This document shows positions 37,901-51,412 of a DNA stretch of 64,000 nucleotides, in pieces. The translations under genes and the position numbers were made by a program. Location of the stretch: NCBI GenBank assembly GCA_976551045.1, contig CDPCPM010000005.1:20460001-20524000 (forward strand), read 5' to 3'. The stretch's first letter is position 1. Each line of letters begins with the position of its first letter. The DNA is from Glaucostegus cemiculus. Lineage: Eukaryota. A model generated the notes under the pieces. It had not been told where the DNA came from, searched no databases, and saw only the letters and a program-made list of their open reading frames with translations.

Positions 37901-39543
37901 TTTTTCCTATCACCTTGATGGTGCTGATTCCCATCCAGAGCCCTGCTATCCTCCTGTACCTCACACAAGTCCACTTTCTGTACATGAAGTACAAGTCAGC
38001 CATTTTTATTATGCAGAGCATATCCTGTAATATTCTCACGCCATATTCATAATTATGCACTTTCCAGTTACCAGACAAAGGAAGGGTAATTCAATTTGAG
38101 TCTCCCATTTTTGGGAGGATCTGCCAGATAGTTAGTTTATAAGAGTCCCACAATTTTACATTTGGACAGAAACTGACTTTGTGTCATCAGTATCTCGAGA
38201 AAAACAAACAAATTGCCCATTACTACGTGAGCCACGGGGGGATGGGTTACTTAATTCTGCTGCCTTTAATTCCTAGATTTACAATAAATCTGTAAATCAT
38301 TTTGTCTCCAATAACGTAAAGGGATTACCTATTACTGAAACTCCAGTGGTGATCTTCAAAATTAACAGTCAATTAAATTTCCTGAAAGGGATTAATATTT
38401 ACAGTTAACTGTTTGATTATATTTATTTGGCTTGTAGAAAATCAAAAGCTGCTGGAAATAATAGTTATTTGGTAACTGCTTCTGCTCATATGCATACAAT
38501 TAATTATTATTTCTAAAGCTCAAATTAAAGTACCTTATTGTGCCTATCAGTATATGTAGTATATATGGTCTTGACATAAATAAATATGTTTGTTTTGAGA
38601 GGTTCAACAATATAATTATATTCATTTAAATGATTAGGAAACCATCATAAACTTTTCGAAGTATTATGTATAAGTGACAGAATTTCAAAGATTAATACTG
38701 GCTTTATCCTGGCATTTCTATATTAATATAAAGCAGATACCAGTGCACACACAAACACACAATAGAGCCAGCATAATTCAGAACACAGATTAGCACCTGA
38801 TTCACAGACAAATGGAAGAAAAACATGTGAAATCAGAACCAATGAATAACCACACATTATTTGAATTTCACACTCGCTGAAGTGAAGCTCCAGTTACTAG
38901 CAAAGTGTCATATTTGATATGCCCTGGGAGTCCACTGAAACCTCCTAGCAATCTTAAATTTATACATCATTGTTTTTAATATTAGAAGAAAATAAACATT
39001 CTTGCATGTGATTCATTGGTATGAAGAACTGGTATCCTTCTGAAGATGGATAGAGTTCCTTTGTCACTAAGTGCATAACGTAGTTAGGGGTATGATTTGT
39101 GTCCACCATTTGTTCATCAGGTACTGGTAACTGTAGTATGACCAAAAGCCTTGCTTTGAGATGTCCAACCTAGGTCAACTAAATATACACAGACTCAAAC
39201 ATTTAAAAGACTAAAGTATAGAAATAACTTAGCTAAGCTAAATTTTCTTCTGTTGATGCTATTTAATACTCAAAAATAGATATATTTTCAGGATTTAAAA
39301 TTGCATCTTTATGGAGATAAAGAAATGTTAAGCCTATAATCAGAGCAACCATACGCTCTGCTTTGACCTATGACTCTCCATTGTACACCAGGAGTAAGCA
39401 GAATTTTAAATTCTTATCTGTTCTGGTGCTGATATGTGAAAACAATTCATAAGTTACTGACAGTTACAGCCTTTAACTACAAATCAACATGAATTAGAGC
39501 AGAAATTGAAATAATCAATTATTATTAGATTAAAAAAGTGTAC

Positions 39544-41978
39544 TAGAAATTGGATTTCACCCTTAATTGGTGCACTAAACATGTCTCATTTATAGTGCTG
39601 CTGCTCAACTGAATCACCTGCAAAGATTCTTAACTTGGCCAATAGAATTAGTGCTATGCTAGTTTTACCCAGAATCATGCATTAAAACAGGATTTGCAAT
39701 GGGACCTTATTTATCAAATTTAGTGCATGTGGACACAGAAGGGCCTCATCTCTGAAAGGCCCATGCCAGCCAGATAGTTGCAGCACACTTAATGCTGCTA
39801 CGAAGGAGGGCAAGGCTGCAGGAAGAAGGGAGTGAGCTTGATGATTTTTACATCAAGGTTTTGGTGTCTCAGACAAGGAGGAGGGTGAGCAGATAAGGTT
39901 TGAGGGATGCAGGTCACAAGGAGATAAACCAGGCACTAGTGACTACAGTCTGTCATAAGGGGCAGGGAATCTGATTTCAGTACTCACAGGAGTGATTGTG
40001 TATGCATTCATCCAACCTGAGAGGACTCATGTGAGGACTCTGAATAGGATGTTTTCATGATAAGGCTGATGCAGACGTATGCTGAGGTGGTTAGTGAACT
40101 GGTAAGCCTCCTGACCTAATGTAGGAGGTGTTAAGGAACTTGAAGAGCTCCATCTCCAGACTCTCACAGAAGGCTGTGCATTGCCAAGACACCTTGACCT
40201 CCACCCTGGACATCATGCTCACTTCTTCGATGGGTATCAGCAACAATCATGTCATACTGCACCTACCCGGATACAGAGATGGAGGCCACGTAAGATACAG
40301 CTGTTTCTATGCAATCTTACTCTGATCCATTAGGAGTATGACCTCAGCCACTCAGAAGTATCTTGAAGTATTAAAGTAACAGCAACAACCCACTGAAGAG
40401 CAGCTTGATGACTTAATTGAATAGAGAGATGCCAGGATTAAGCATATTGTTATTCTCAAACATCACGAGGTTGCTACCTGTGAGCAGGTTACAGTTCCAC
40501 AGGAGCAAAGGGATGCTGCATATGAGCAGAGTGATGCCACACAAAAGTAGCTCAGACTCCTACAGGTGACAGAGACATGCCACACATCCAACTCACACTG
40601 CACTTCACCATGAGCACCATCTGGTTTAGACTGCATGTCGAGGAGAAGAGTCAGGTTGAAAGGACCAGGTACCTGCAGCTAGAAGACAGTATAAGTGAGC
40701 TCACCTTTGGCTCTAGATATTGAAATAGTGATGGGGTGGTCTGAGTGCCAGCAGTTCGTTGTACCATCCTCTGAGAGGTTGCCAATGTGCAAATTCAGGC
40801 TACTGATGACCCCCCCCCACCATAAGGAAGCCAAGTCACTTCACACCAGGTAACTGAAAAATCAAAACAAAGTGCAGATACTGGAAATCTGAAATAAAAA
40901 CAGAAAATGCTGGAAACACTCAGCAGGTCCGGGAAGAGAAACAGATTCAATGTTTCAGGTGGAAGACCTTTTGTCAGAACAAGGGTGAGATCTGAATTGT
41001 TAACTCTGTTTCTCTTCCCACAGATGTGGCCTGATCTGCTGAGTGTTTTCAACAGTTTCTATGTTCACTTTACAGTATGGCCTCTCAAAGAGCACAGTCA
41101 TCCATACCCAACTGCCAGCCACCCCAGACAGCTCCCTCAATTGACCCTGGGAAGCAGTCTGAAGTCAGGCCATCTGGGGCAAGAGCTCCTCATGGACTAT
41201 TAAGTAGATCTGTGTGGGCTCAAAGTGAAAGGGACAGCTTTTCAATAACCAGCCTATTGTCACATAGGGCCCAAAAGACATAGTGACTAGACTTCAGAAC
41301 CCTCATATGAAGAAATGCAGCATTAAAGGTACTAAAATACAAATAATGGAATGTTATTTGCACTGACCGAAAAACATTATGATTTCCTAGATTTATATTT
41401 TTCTTGCTATAGTTGTTTCTGAATGCTAGCACAGTTGAAATGGATCCTTATATTTATTGCACATTCTTCAATGTGCAGAAAACAATGACACTGTTGTGTG
41501 TAGTTGCTGGAACCCGCTGAATGAGTATCTCAGCAGCTAAATGATGAATAAACACTCCCTGCTAGATCAACCCCATTCTGTAAGCTGCTTGAAGAGCCTT
41601 CAGTGAGTCCTGAAATTGCCCAGTTGGATCTCCAGAAGTCTGCAGAGTGCCCTTTCTAAATAGAGACAAATGCAACTAAGCACCACAATGTAATCCTAGT
41701 TGTATTATAAGTGTTCAGTGAAAGTTATAGGCTGCAGCCAAAAGCTTCAATTTATGTTGCCAATGGAGGAAACACTATTTGTGATGCTATTAGGTTCATA
41801 ACTGGCAGAGAGAAAAACATCAGCTGTGTGACAGTGAACTGCACACAAATGTACCTGCTCCAAATTTCTGTGTGCACAATTTCACCTGGAAATGATCATT
41901 AAAGTAATCTTCCTTGGTTTAAAACACCCTTTGCACAATTTGCCCATGACTAACAGGTGCCAATGGACCCAATTTCTA
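39544..41978 (+). mobile_element. Probable decayed non-autonomous DNA transposon (Harbinger-like) with short TIRs
   Basis: TAGAAATTGG at 39544-39553 and its exact reverse complement CCAATTTCTA at 41969-41978 bound a more GC-rich block. Inside are decayed coding-like segments (LMQTYAEVVSELVSLL) resembling Harbinger Myb-gene 3' exons. Confidence 0.45.
40852..41065. mobile_element. Penelope-type palindromic element nested in the 39.5-42 kb block
   Basis: agaaaatgctggaaacactcagcaggtc...gggaagagaaacaga pairs with tctgtttctcttccc...gatctgctgagtgttttcaacagtttct. Confidence 0.7.
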
Positions 41979-42294
41979 CATATGTTTAAAAATACAACAT
42001 TTCAAGAAAATATTTACTTTCTTTTTTATTAGCTGTTGTCTGAAATCTCACTGGTGGTTTCTTGAATAACTCATTACATACAAATAGGGACAGGGAAACA
42101 CATTTCAGAAACTAACTTTGAATCCCTCTTAAATGCTATTGTCTTTGGGAACCTGCTAATGGGTAATGGCATCCATTTGGATAGCAGCAGGTTTCTTCCA
42201 TGTGGCAAAGATCTAACCAGGAGTCTGCTCTGAATTAGCAATGACCAAGAGAGGCTTTGCTGTAACAGGTGTTCCACCTAAGATCTAATATTCA

Positions 42295-42566
42295 GTATTG
42301 TTTGTGTGGAGTTTGCACATTCTCCCTGTGACCATGTGGGTTTCCTCCAGATGCTCTGGTTTCCTCCCACATTCCAATGACATGCAGGTTGGCAAGTTAA
42401 TTAGCCACTGCAAATTGCCCCAAGTTTGTATGTGTGGGGAGAAATCTACAGGGAATTGATGAGAAATGGGGACAATACAAAATAGGACCAACCTAGGATT
42501 AGTTGTAAATGGGTGGTTGATAATTGACGCAGACTCAGTGGGCCGAAGGGCCTATTCCTGTTTCTT
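42295..42566 (+). mobile_element. 5'-truncated V-SINE
   Basis: tgtgtggagtttgcacattctccctgtgaccatgtgggtttcctcc...gactcagtgggccgaagggccta. Confidence 0.85.
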
Positions 42567-42895
42567 TAGAACATAGATACCTACAGCACAATTCAGGCCC
42601 TTTGACCCACAAAGCTGTGCCAAACATGTCCCCACACTATTACACTTACCCATAGCCTTCTATCTTATTTGTCTCCATATACCTATCCAACAGTCTCTTG
42701 AAAGACCCTATCGTATCTGCCTCCACCACCATCTCCGGCAGCCATGCACTCACCACTCTCTGAGTAAAAAACTTAACCCTAACATCTCCCCTATATCTTC
42801 CCCCCAGCACCTTAAACCTATGTCCTCTTGTGGCCACCATTTCAGCCCTGGGGAAAAGCCTCTGACTATCTACCCTATTTGACTCATAAGTTTTT
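42567..42895 (-). mobile_element. CR1 LINE 3' fragment (ORF2 C-terminus and 3'UTR)
   Basis: ORF 42646-42909 reads RVDSQRLFPRAEMVATRGHRFKVLGGRYRGDVRVKFFTQRVVSAW..LPEMVVEADTIGSFKRLLDRYM, the CR1 ORF2 end. Confidence 0.92.
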
Positions 42896-43019
42896 ATGTC
42901 ATGATACACAGGGCAATATAACTTTATGGGACAGGATAGATGGACTAGGGAGTCTTCTCCATTTGCAATTTACGTAAGTTTGTAGTCTCCTTCCACAGTT
43001 TTGATGGAATTAATCATGA

Positions 43020-43316
43020 AAGATTATTTTCTCAGTAATGAAGGATCAATAATTTGAAACTGACAGTAAACAATGAAGAGGTTAGGTGTAAGTTCTTTAC
43101 ATGGAGACTAGAACATTCTGCCACAGTGAATTGCTGGAACAAACTACTGCAACTTTGAAGGGAAATGTGGAAAGATATTTGAAGCACTGGAACAAATAGA
43201 GATGTGGAACGAGAGAGAAAGTTTGGTTTTGGATTGCTGAAGCTAACAAACAGACATAAAGCCAACAGGCATGAGCAGCTGAAGGGGCTTATGTGCCGTA
43301 AACCTATCTGGTTCTG
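43020..43316 (+). mobile_element. Old CR1 3' fragment
   Basis: gaggttaggtgtaagttctttaca...actttgaagggaaatgtggaaagatatttg...gcagctgaaggggcttatgtgccgtaa. Confidence 0.5.
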
Positions 43317-44353
43317 TAGGATTTTTGAAGTGAACTTAGGAGGTTTGCCAGTTCTTTCCACTCATTTTCATTTTATATTTTAACTTTAGAATCAAGTGTC
43401 AAGCCAAGTGTTAGACAGTCTGAATCTCCACTAATCCAAGTACTTCTAACTTTACAAATTCAAGTACAAATAACATATTGTAGAATTTAAAGAAGCCCTC
43501 AGTTTTTGATTTTGTTACTTTCACTATTTTATGCTATAGTGACAAAAAATATAATTAGAAATTTAAACTTGTAGCTATTTTAAATCTATAAAATTAGAAC
43601 TAATGCAAATATTAAAAAGAAGCACAATAAAGTCTTACTCTTAATGTAATTAGAAATGACTTCTGAGCATGTACTGTTAAATTATAACCTGTACTGCACA
43701 CTGCATCAAAGTTCAACACAATGTTAACTTATTGGCCTGAAAAGTGCCATCTGCCAAATTTAATCATATAGACAAGATGGAGCTCGACAGGGCATAGTAG
43801 AAACAATACAAAAGGGAAACTGTCAAAATAACCAGGGTGGATTGATGGAGCTTCAGCCATGTCAATGAATACTGACCTCAAAGGTGGAACATGGATACTG
43901 CAACCAATTCAATGTGTCGGAGCTCTGAAGTTGCCCACAGAGAAGTAAGGATACACTGCCTAGCTGTTGAAAGCAAGTTAGGTAAAACAAAACACTCTCT
44001 TTATTACTGGCTAAGAGCAGATTTGTTTTCAGGATTAATTTATTTCTATTACAGAGCTAAGCTGTAAAATCTGTTAGAATATATCAGCCTCCCTTACAAT
44101 AAGATGAAGCAAATCCAGACAGATGTGGAGGATTATACCAATATTGGTGGACTGTAGTGGAAACTCGATTCTAGAACACTGGATTCTTAGAGGATTATGC
44201 ATTCAAAATTATCCCTTGAAAAGGTTTTGCTAATCCCTGTCCAGGTTCATAGAGCAAACACCATACGACATGAGAGAAGAGTATCATTCATGTATGCTTT
44301 TGTGTCTTTCCTCCAACAAATGAGAAAATCAGGTTCCAGCTCAAAATAACAGT

Positions 44354-44696
44354 GGGTGTCACGGTGGCACAACTAGTAGAACTGATGTGTCACAGTGCCA
44401 GAAACCTGGGTTGCTGTCTATATGGAGTTTGCACATTCTGCCACTCTGCCTGTGACCATGTGGATTTCCTCCGGATGCCCTGGTTTCCTCCCATATCCCA
44501 AAGACATGCAAATCAGTTGTTTAACTGGCCATTGCAAATTGCCCTTACCATCTAGGTGAGCGGTAGAATTAGTGGGGAACTGATGGGAAGAATCTTTTTT
44601 TTAAAAAGGGATTCAAGTAATTGGGTTGATGGTCGGTGCTGATTCGCTGAGTTGAAGGGCCTCTTTCTGTGCTGTATCTCTCAATGACCTTATGAC
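44354..44696 (+). mobile_element. V-SINE, near full length
   Basis: tRNA head gggtgtcacggtggcacaactagtaga, V core ggagtttgcaca...tttcctcccatatcccaaagacatgc, and tail ttgaagggcctctttctgtgctgtat. Confidence 0.85.
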
Positions 44697-47600
44697 TACA
44701 TTGAACTATCAGATGTAAGATCATGGTTCAGATTTTCAGTTCGCATTGACTTGTATCAGTCTCAGACATGGATCAAGTAAGGAAAGTACATGTATGGAAG
44801 TTTGAAGCAAAGAACAAGGCCATTTGTCTACCATGGTTGCACTGATTTTTCTTTACACCAATCCATAATTAATCCTGTTCTCCCCAAAGCACATTATTTT
44901 CCTTTGCATTAGAAATTTGACTTGAGAAAATTAGTAAGTAATTTTAACTGATTCTATCAGGTGGGAAACTTGTCGATTTTACTTCTTGGTGAAATCTACA
45001 TGAATATTTCCTGGTTGAGTAAACAAAAAATGATGGTGGTAAGATTGGGTAGGGGTTTGTTAAAATTCATCCACCATCATCCCCCAAAGAAACATACAAC
45101 AGATACTGGAGGATGGGCCAAAATAAGGGAAGAACTATTGAAAAGTAAACTAAGGTGTGAATCCAAAACTTAGAATAATATTATTCATGTCATTTAATTG
45201 ACATTCCATTGATGCTTATGCACAATTAACAGTGCATTTGCTGAGGCATGAATTCATTCCCAGTACATTCTGATATTCGATCGACAAAGATGATTCGATA
45301 AGAGGAAATTTTTGCTTGCTACAGTGCTTTCCAATTAAAAATTTTCCTGGCGTGAAGCTGTAATATTGCATATGAAAGCAAGGGATAATGCATTAATTAT
45401 ACAACAATTCTTCTGATTGTTTCTATTAAAAAATTTAGACACCAATTTAAACTTTTAAAGACCTGACCCCACCTTTCCTACAGTAAATTTAAAGGCACTA
45501 TATTGTGCATCAAAGGCAGAGCTTGTTACTATTGCATGCTTCTTTTGGGAAGGTGAGATGCTTGAAATGCTTTTCATTCTTTTTGTTTAGTTGCGACTTC
45601 AGTCGGCAAATGTGTTATCATGGAATAAGCTGCTAGATAAGCACCTCTGAAGAAATGCAGCACATGCTGAGTACTGACCTTTAAAAACACAATAAAGTTG
45701 CAGTAACTCAATCCTAGAGACCAGGTGCCTCAGATATATAGGGTTGCTGCTTGGCTCTCAGCTGTTCTGAATTTACAAGAGGGCAGGAAATTGTGCCGCA
45801 CCCACAAGGGATTTGTTTTTCTGCTAATCAACACTGCAATGCTTCATAGGATACAGTGTTAGGCTGCAAATGCCACCTTAGAATTTTTAAAAAGGGAGTC
45901 CCTCAAGCGACGAATAGAGTCATCTCAATGGTGGCATCTCAGGAAAAGAAAGCAAAGTTAAATAAATCAAGGAAAGAGTACAAAAGTTGGAATGCAGGGC
46001 TAGAAGGACAATGCTCACACAAGCAAATTCCAATCAAAATTTATCTTAACATGTACAATCCCTCTGGAGGCCACAGGCTTTGAAACCCACTGTTATTCTA
46101 TAACAATTTAATTATCAAATCTTTTTTCCGTGTTATTTGGAGATGTTCAGGTAACAAAGCCCAGTCAATATCTCATTCAGGTGAAGCTCCAAAAGCCTAA
46201 CAAACCTGGGCTGTTGGCCAAGCCTTTTGAAAGTGTAACAGTGACTGAGGCTCACTTAACTGAGCAAAGATTTGCTCTGCTCAGAGCAGGAACTTGACTA
46301 CAGCAGAACCAGTACTGACAGCGAAGGTGTAGACCTGAATTCTAACAATGCTGTATCCAGCCTGTGTGCAGGCAACTGGAACTGGCACTCACACTGCATG
46401 CAAAGGGCCATAGCCTTGCTCCTCTTCAGGCTCGGCTTGTTCTGAAGGCTAACATCAAGCAATTAGTATAATTAATCTGAGACAATGAGATGTGTTACCA
46501 CTTATCAAATTGATTGTTCTCCCATCAAAACAAACTAAAGAAGCTTCTTTCTGTAAGGTACTGTATAATTTCATAAGATGATTCAAAATGTCATGTTGCT
46601 GCAAGCCAATTAAAAGCAGTCCCTATCTAGAATACATGATTTAGATTGGTTTGGCCATTCAGCTTAGTGCATACTACAAGTAGTTTTATGTTTGCAGCAT
46701 TAAAGAAAAGAACACATCTGAGGCTACAATATGTTCATGTATCACAGTGAGTTTCAAACACATTTTAAATGGCAAAAGTAACCAAGTTTTTTTATGTCAG
46801 ATCTTAAATTATTCACCATATTCTAACGTTGAAGAAATCTTTACATTTTACATTTCTCTGCTTCATGACCCACTTCTGATTTATGTAAATATATAAAATA
46901 AATCCTCTTCATAATTTTTGGTAGCTTATTTCTCTACTTTTATAACATAACAGATTACTAGAAAATTTAACCAGTTAAAACTGCCTTCAAACAATTTCTT
47001 CAGTTTAAAAGGCACAAAGAAAAATAATAAGGCTCTCCTGGTTGTATTTTCATAACTTATTCATTTGAATTCAATATGCTTAATCTACATCATTTAAACT
47101 TTGAAGAGCAATATAGGCTAGTCACTCTCTCTCCAGAGAAAAAAAAAATATTGAAATAATTTCAGGCCTTGCAAGTGGTTTGGAAATGGATATCTGCATG
47201 CACCCATATAAGGCAACAGACTCTTAAAACAAAATCAGCATGTGACATATACGCTATATGTGGTTGAAAGGCAGTGCAGCACCCAGAAATTCAACTGCCT
47301 GTTCCTTACATACACTTAATTTTCTATTGTAAAGTGGGAGAGAGAAACCTGTACTGACTGATCAAATCTGAATCAATTTGACTTGAATTGAATACAATTC
47401 TAAAAGAAACAAAGCACAGAATCTAGTATGAAGTTGCTGCTCTCCAAATTATCATGATTGCACGTTCACTGTGTTTCCCTGTGTATTCTCAGTCCATATC
47501 ACAGCATAGCGAGGTGTTAAATTCCAGGGATTTGTTTTTCTCTAAAATCCATGGGTCTGTTGATATTTAGCCGCAGAGATCAAACACTACTCATGCAGGA

Positions 47601-49048
47601 CATAGCGAGAATATGAAAGGACATGTAGTGAACTGCCCCGGCAGACACACTGTTCAGTTGTCAGTCAGACATAGCCCACCACCACTGCCACCACCTCTCA
47701 CAAAGCTAAACATCTCTTTATGTCAGAACAAATTGGGCGATCTTCAAATCATTTTTTTTTTCTCTCCTATGACAGAAAAGGATTCAAAGCAGGAAACAGA
47801 GTGTGGAAATGACTGCAAAAAGATAGGTCAGTTCCCAGGGAATCACGGGCTGCAGCGATATCCTGAACTGGCAATGATCACTACTCAGCTTCAGTACAAA
47901 GCAGTTTATTCTATGGGCATGGCTGATCACTTCACTGCCTAAAGGGACCATCATTTCATAAGTGTACAAATCAAAAATAACTCCAGCATGTGAAACACTT
48001 AAGTGTCAGCAGCAGCACGCTGAACTATTAAATTTAAAGGGAAAAGCTTACATCTTTGAAAGGACCAGAGTGCCCACAGAATAAAAAGAAACCCAGGAGG
48101 TGGCAGGGTGGGAGTCCCAGGGGGTTTTTCCACTTGCGTAACCTACTGTCAGTACTTGCATGTATCCGCCACACTTGTGAAAGAGCAGCCCCTGTCACCG
48201 GTGCTGGTAAAATACCCACTTGTTTTTACAGACACATTTGCACCTGTGCATATGTCACAGATGTCCAATTGCTTTTCAATGATTCAAGTTGTTCTTAATT
48301 CTTCTAATAACAGAGCATGTTTTGGCAACATTTTTGAAAAGAGTTCCTTCTTTTTTGCGTACTTCAATGAGAATATGATCTTGACAGTCATCTTGCACCA
48401 AATGTTCATTCAGAAATCTCATTCACATTTCCAACCATCACTTGTGAAAAAAGCTGGCAGAAATTAAGCAAAACTGTCTTGCCAGATGGAAAAGATATGG
48501 ATTTGATAGCACAATCTTTTACTAATTAGAGCCAAAGCAAAAAAAAATGTTAATGTTGTATGAAAATATTTAGTATTCCCTTTTCAGTCAGTTATTTTTT
48601 TTTAACTTATATTAAATATTGTGCAAATAAATATGTTCTACAGCTGGCTGTAGAAATACCCTGAATAACAAAGAAATAATACTGGATTTGTCTTTATGAC
48701 ACTGATTCCCAAGGCTCACATCCACCTGCTTCCATCAAGTTTCATCAGTTCTTGGCCATGCTACCAGATGAAGTCGAAAGCTTTAGCCATTCCTTCCCTG
48801 GGTCAGAGATGGGACACATGAGGAAAAATGAAAAACAGCGAAGAAGGAAGTTTAGGAGAAAGTGAAAGCTGAAGGTAGAGTGTTGAGGGGGGGCAGCAAG
48901 TTAGTGAGGTGTGATAGAGCAAACTCAGAAGAAACAATGTGGAATAAACAATATATGAAGTAAAACAAGATGCAGAAGTACAAGAGAAAACTTACAAAGA
49001 GAAAGGATGAGTGAGGCATATATACAGAGGCAGAACAGAGACATATAT

Positions 49049-49049
<1 letters not shown>

Positions 49050-49088
<39 letters not shown>
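49050..49088. repeat. (TG)n microsatellite
   Basis: About 19 perfect GT units. Confidence 0.95.
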
Positions 49089-49089
<1 letters not shown>

Positions 49090-49233
49090 ACATAGACACA
49101 CACAAAACAAAGATATTGCATTCATTGACATTATACTCTCTCTGGCAAGACAAGATGCCCAAAACATGCCAAGCCCCTGTGGAGGAGAATGTATTGGCCA
49201 TTATTGGAATGTCTGATGCAAAGTTCATGAGTT

Positions 49234-49277
49234 CACACACACAGACACACACACACACACAAACACACACAGACACA
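49234..49277. repeat. Imperfect (CA)n microsatellite
   Basis: cacacacacagacacacacacacacacaaacacacacagacaca. Confidence 0.9.
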
Positions 49278-50524
49278 TGCAAACGCACTGGCTGACTGCT
49301 GATGACTTGTGTCTTTTATAAACTATTTCCAGAATGAAACTGACAACTGACAACAGCACCAGCAGCCTTGGGTGTTTACAGCTTAGCTGTCCCAAGCTTT
49401 CAGCTACATTAAGACATATTTATTGCATGGAACTATACAGACTGGCAGGTAACGTGGCCAGTGCTTATATTTTCTTTTGATTCTGTCTCTTTTCAGGACA
49501 TTTACAGAGATTTCCTCATTCAGTGCTCATGTCACACTGACTGCAAATCCTTTGGTTAGGACAGCAATATTTTATATCATCAAATCTTGTTAAAAAAAAC
49601 CAGCAAAATCATTGATTTAACTTTCATTTTCTGTACCAAGTATTCAAGCAAACCTTTTATAATAAATACACAAATTATTTGAAACTACTCCAAACACTCA
49701 GAAGACTATTTAGCAGTGAGCCCGCTAATGCCTCATCAATAATGCTTAAAGCAATTCAGCCTTGTTCATTACATATTGGTGAAGACTTTCAATAATTCAC
49801 TACATTTAATTGGTACTTCCCCAATTTGTTCAGTCGGCAAGGCCCTGATCAGTGTAGAACTGAGACATATGAAACAAGTAGGTCAGAGAGTCAAACAATC
49901 TTGTCTCTCTGTCAGAAGGAATGTTATAATTTGCTGCAAGTCTCCCCTTATACCTTTCCTCTTACAGACGCACACGGAGTATTGGCAGTGCTGTAACAGA
50001 AAGAGAGCGATTGTGAAGACACACCGTCACTCTACTTCACACTCCCAGTCACCAACTCAGATATCAGAACTGTAATTGCATATTTTGGAAGACAGCAGAG
50101 AGCTGAGATCTGCACATGGTATAATTTCAGGCATAAATGACCCATAGACAATCCAGGGAAAACGATAATAATTCTGCTCCCTCACAGTGGGGGTGAGATC
50201 GCACACAGGTTCTGATGCAAAGGGCTCAGATCAGTACTTCCATGGGTGATGAGTGTACACAACAGTGCTTGGGAGGCCTGCCTGAAGCCTGCATTCATTG
50301 TTAGCGAGCATGGTGGAGTTCAGCATGAGTATGGTGTCTTGTGCACTGTTTTAGGCTCATCTCACTGTAAGAAAGTGATGGCAAGCTGTGAGCACTACGC
50401 ACTGGGTAATAGTGTTTCAAGCAGCCAGTGGACTTCTCTATCATATTTTGTGTGGCTGCTTGGCGTTCATTATACACAGGGTGAACATGTTGTGCATTGT
50501 TTGGTAACAAGTGCCATCAGCCAT

Positions 50525-51412
50525 AGAATAGAGAACAGTACAGCACAGGAACAGGCCCTTTGGCCCATGTTGTCTGTACTGACCACAATGCCAAATTAAA
50601 CTAAAAATAGCTGCCTGCACATGATCCATATCCCTCCATTCGCTGCATGTTCATGTGTCTGTCTAAATGCCTCTTAAATGCCACTATCATATCTGTTCCT
50701 ATCACCGCTCCTGGCAGTGCTTTTCAGGAACCTACCACTTACCCTGCACAGCTCCTTTAAACTTGCCCCCTCTCACCTAAAAAGCTAAGTCCTCTAGTAC
50801 TCGCCATTTCTACCTTGGGTAAAAGACTGTGCTATCTACCCTATCTATGCCTCTCATATTTTTATAAACCTCCATCAGGTCTCCCCTCAGCCTCTAATCC
50901 TCCAGAGAAAACAATCCAAGTTTGTCAAACTGCTCCTCATAGCTATTCCTCGCCAATCCAGACAGCATCCAGGTAAACCTCTTCTGCACCCTCTCCAAAG
51001 CCTCCAAATCCCTCCTGATAACCAGAACTGATCTTCATGCCTTGCACTGTACTGCTGCCGCAAAACAACAAATTTCTCAACATACGTCAGTGATAATAAA
51101 CCTGATTCTGATTCGGAACATAATGCAGTCTAATCAAAATTTTATACAGCTGCAACATGACTTACTGCCTTTATACTCAATGCTCTGACCGACGAAGGCA
51201 AGCATACCATATACCTTCTCTACTATCCCATCTACCTGTGCTGTCACTTTGAGAGAGTTATGGACTTGGACCACAAGATCCCTTTAAACATCACTGTATA
51301 CTTTCCGGCCATTTACTGTATACTTTCTCCTTATATTTGACCTCCCAAAGTGCAACACCTTGCACTCGCCTGGATTAAACTCCAGTTGCCATTTCTCTGC
51401 CCATATTTGCAA
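50525..51412 (-). mobile_element. 5'-truncated CR1 LINE
   Basis: LQIWAEKWQLEFNPGECKVLHFGRSN (post-RT region) through a 3'UTR ending near agaatagagaacagtacagcacaggaacaggccc on the plus strand. Confidence 0.9.
51031..51114 (+). mobile_element. LINE 3' tail (Rex1/Babar-like) nested in CR1
   Basis: ttgcactgtactgctgccgcaaaacaacaaattt...gtgataataaacctgattctgattc, with a polyA signal and a short (GATTCT)n tail, interrupts CR1 sequence. Confidence 0.6.

Larger units (their letters stand above)
48996..49320 (-). promoter_or_regulatory. Candidate distal TATA promoter and non-coding first exon
   Basis: TATAAAAG on the minus strand at 49320-49313, CCAGT with its A at 49289 (31 nt downstream), and donor CTTT|gtaagt at 48996/48995. 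Same strand as ESRRG. Confidence 0.4.

Noticed and set aside
48852-49295. Cluster of overlapping ORFs with HT/CV repeats
   Set aside because: Translations of (CA)/(TG) microsatellites.
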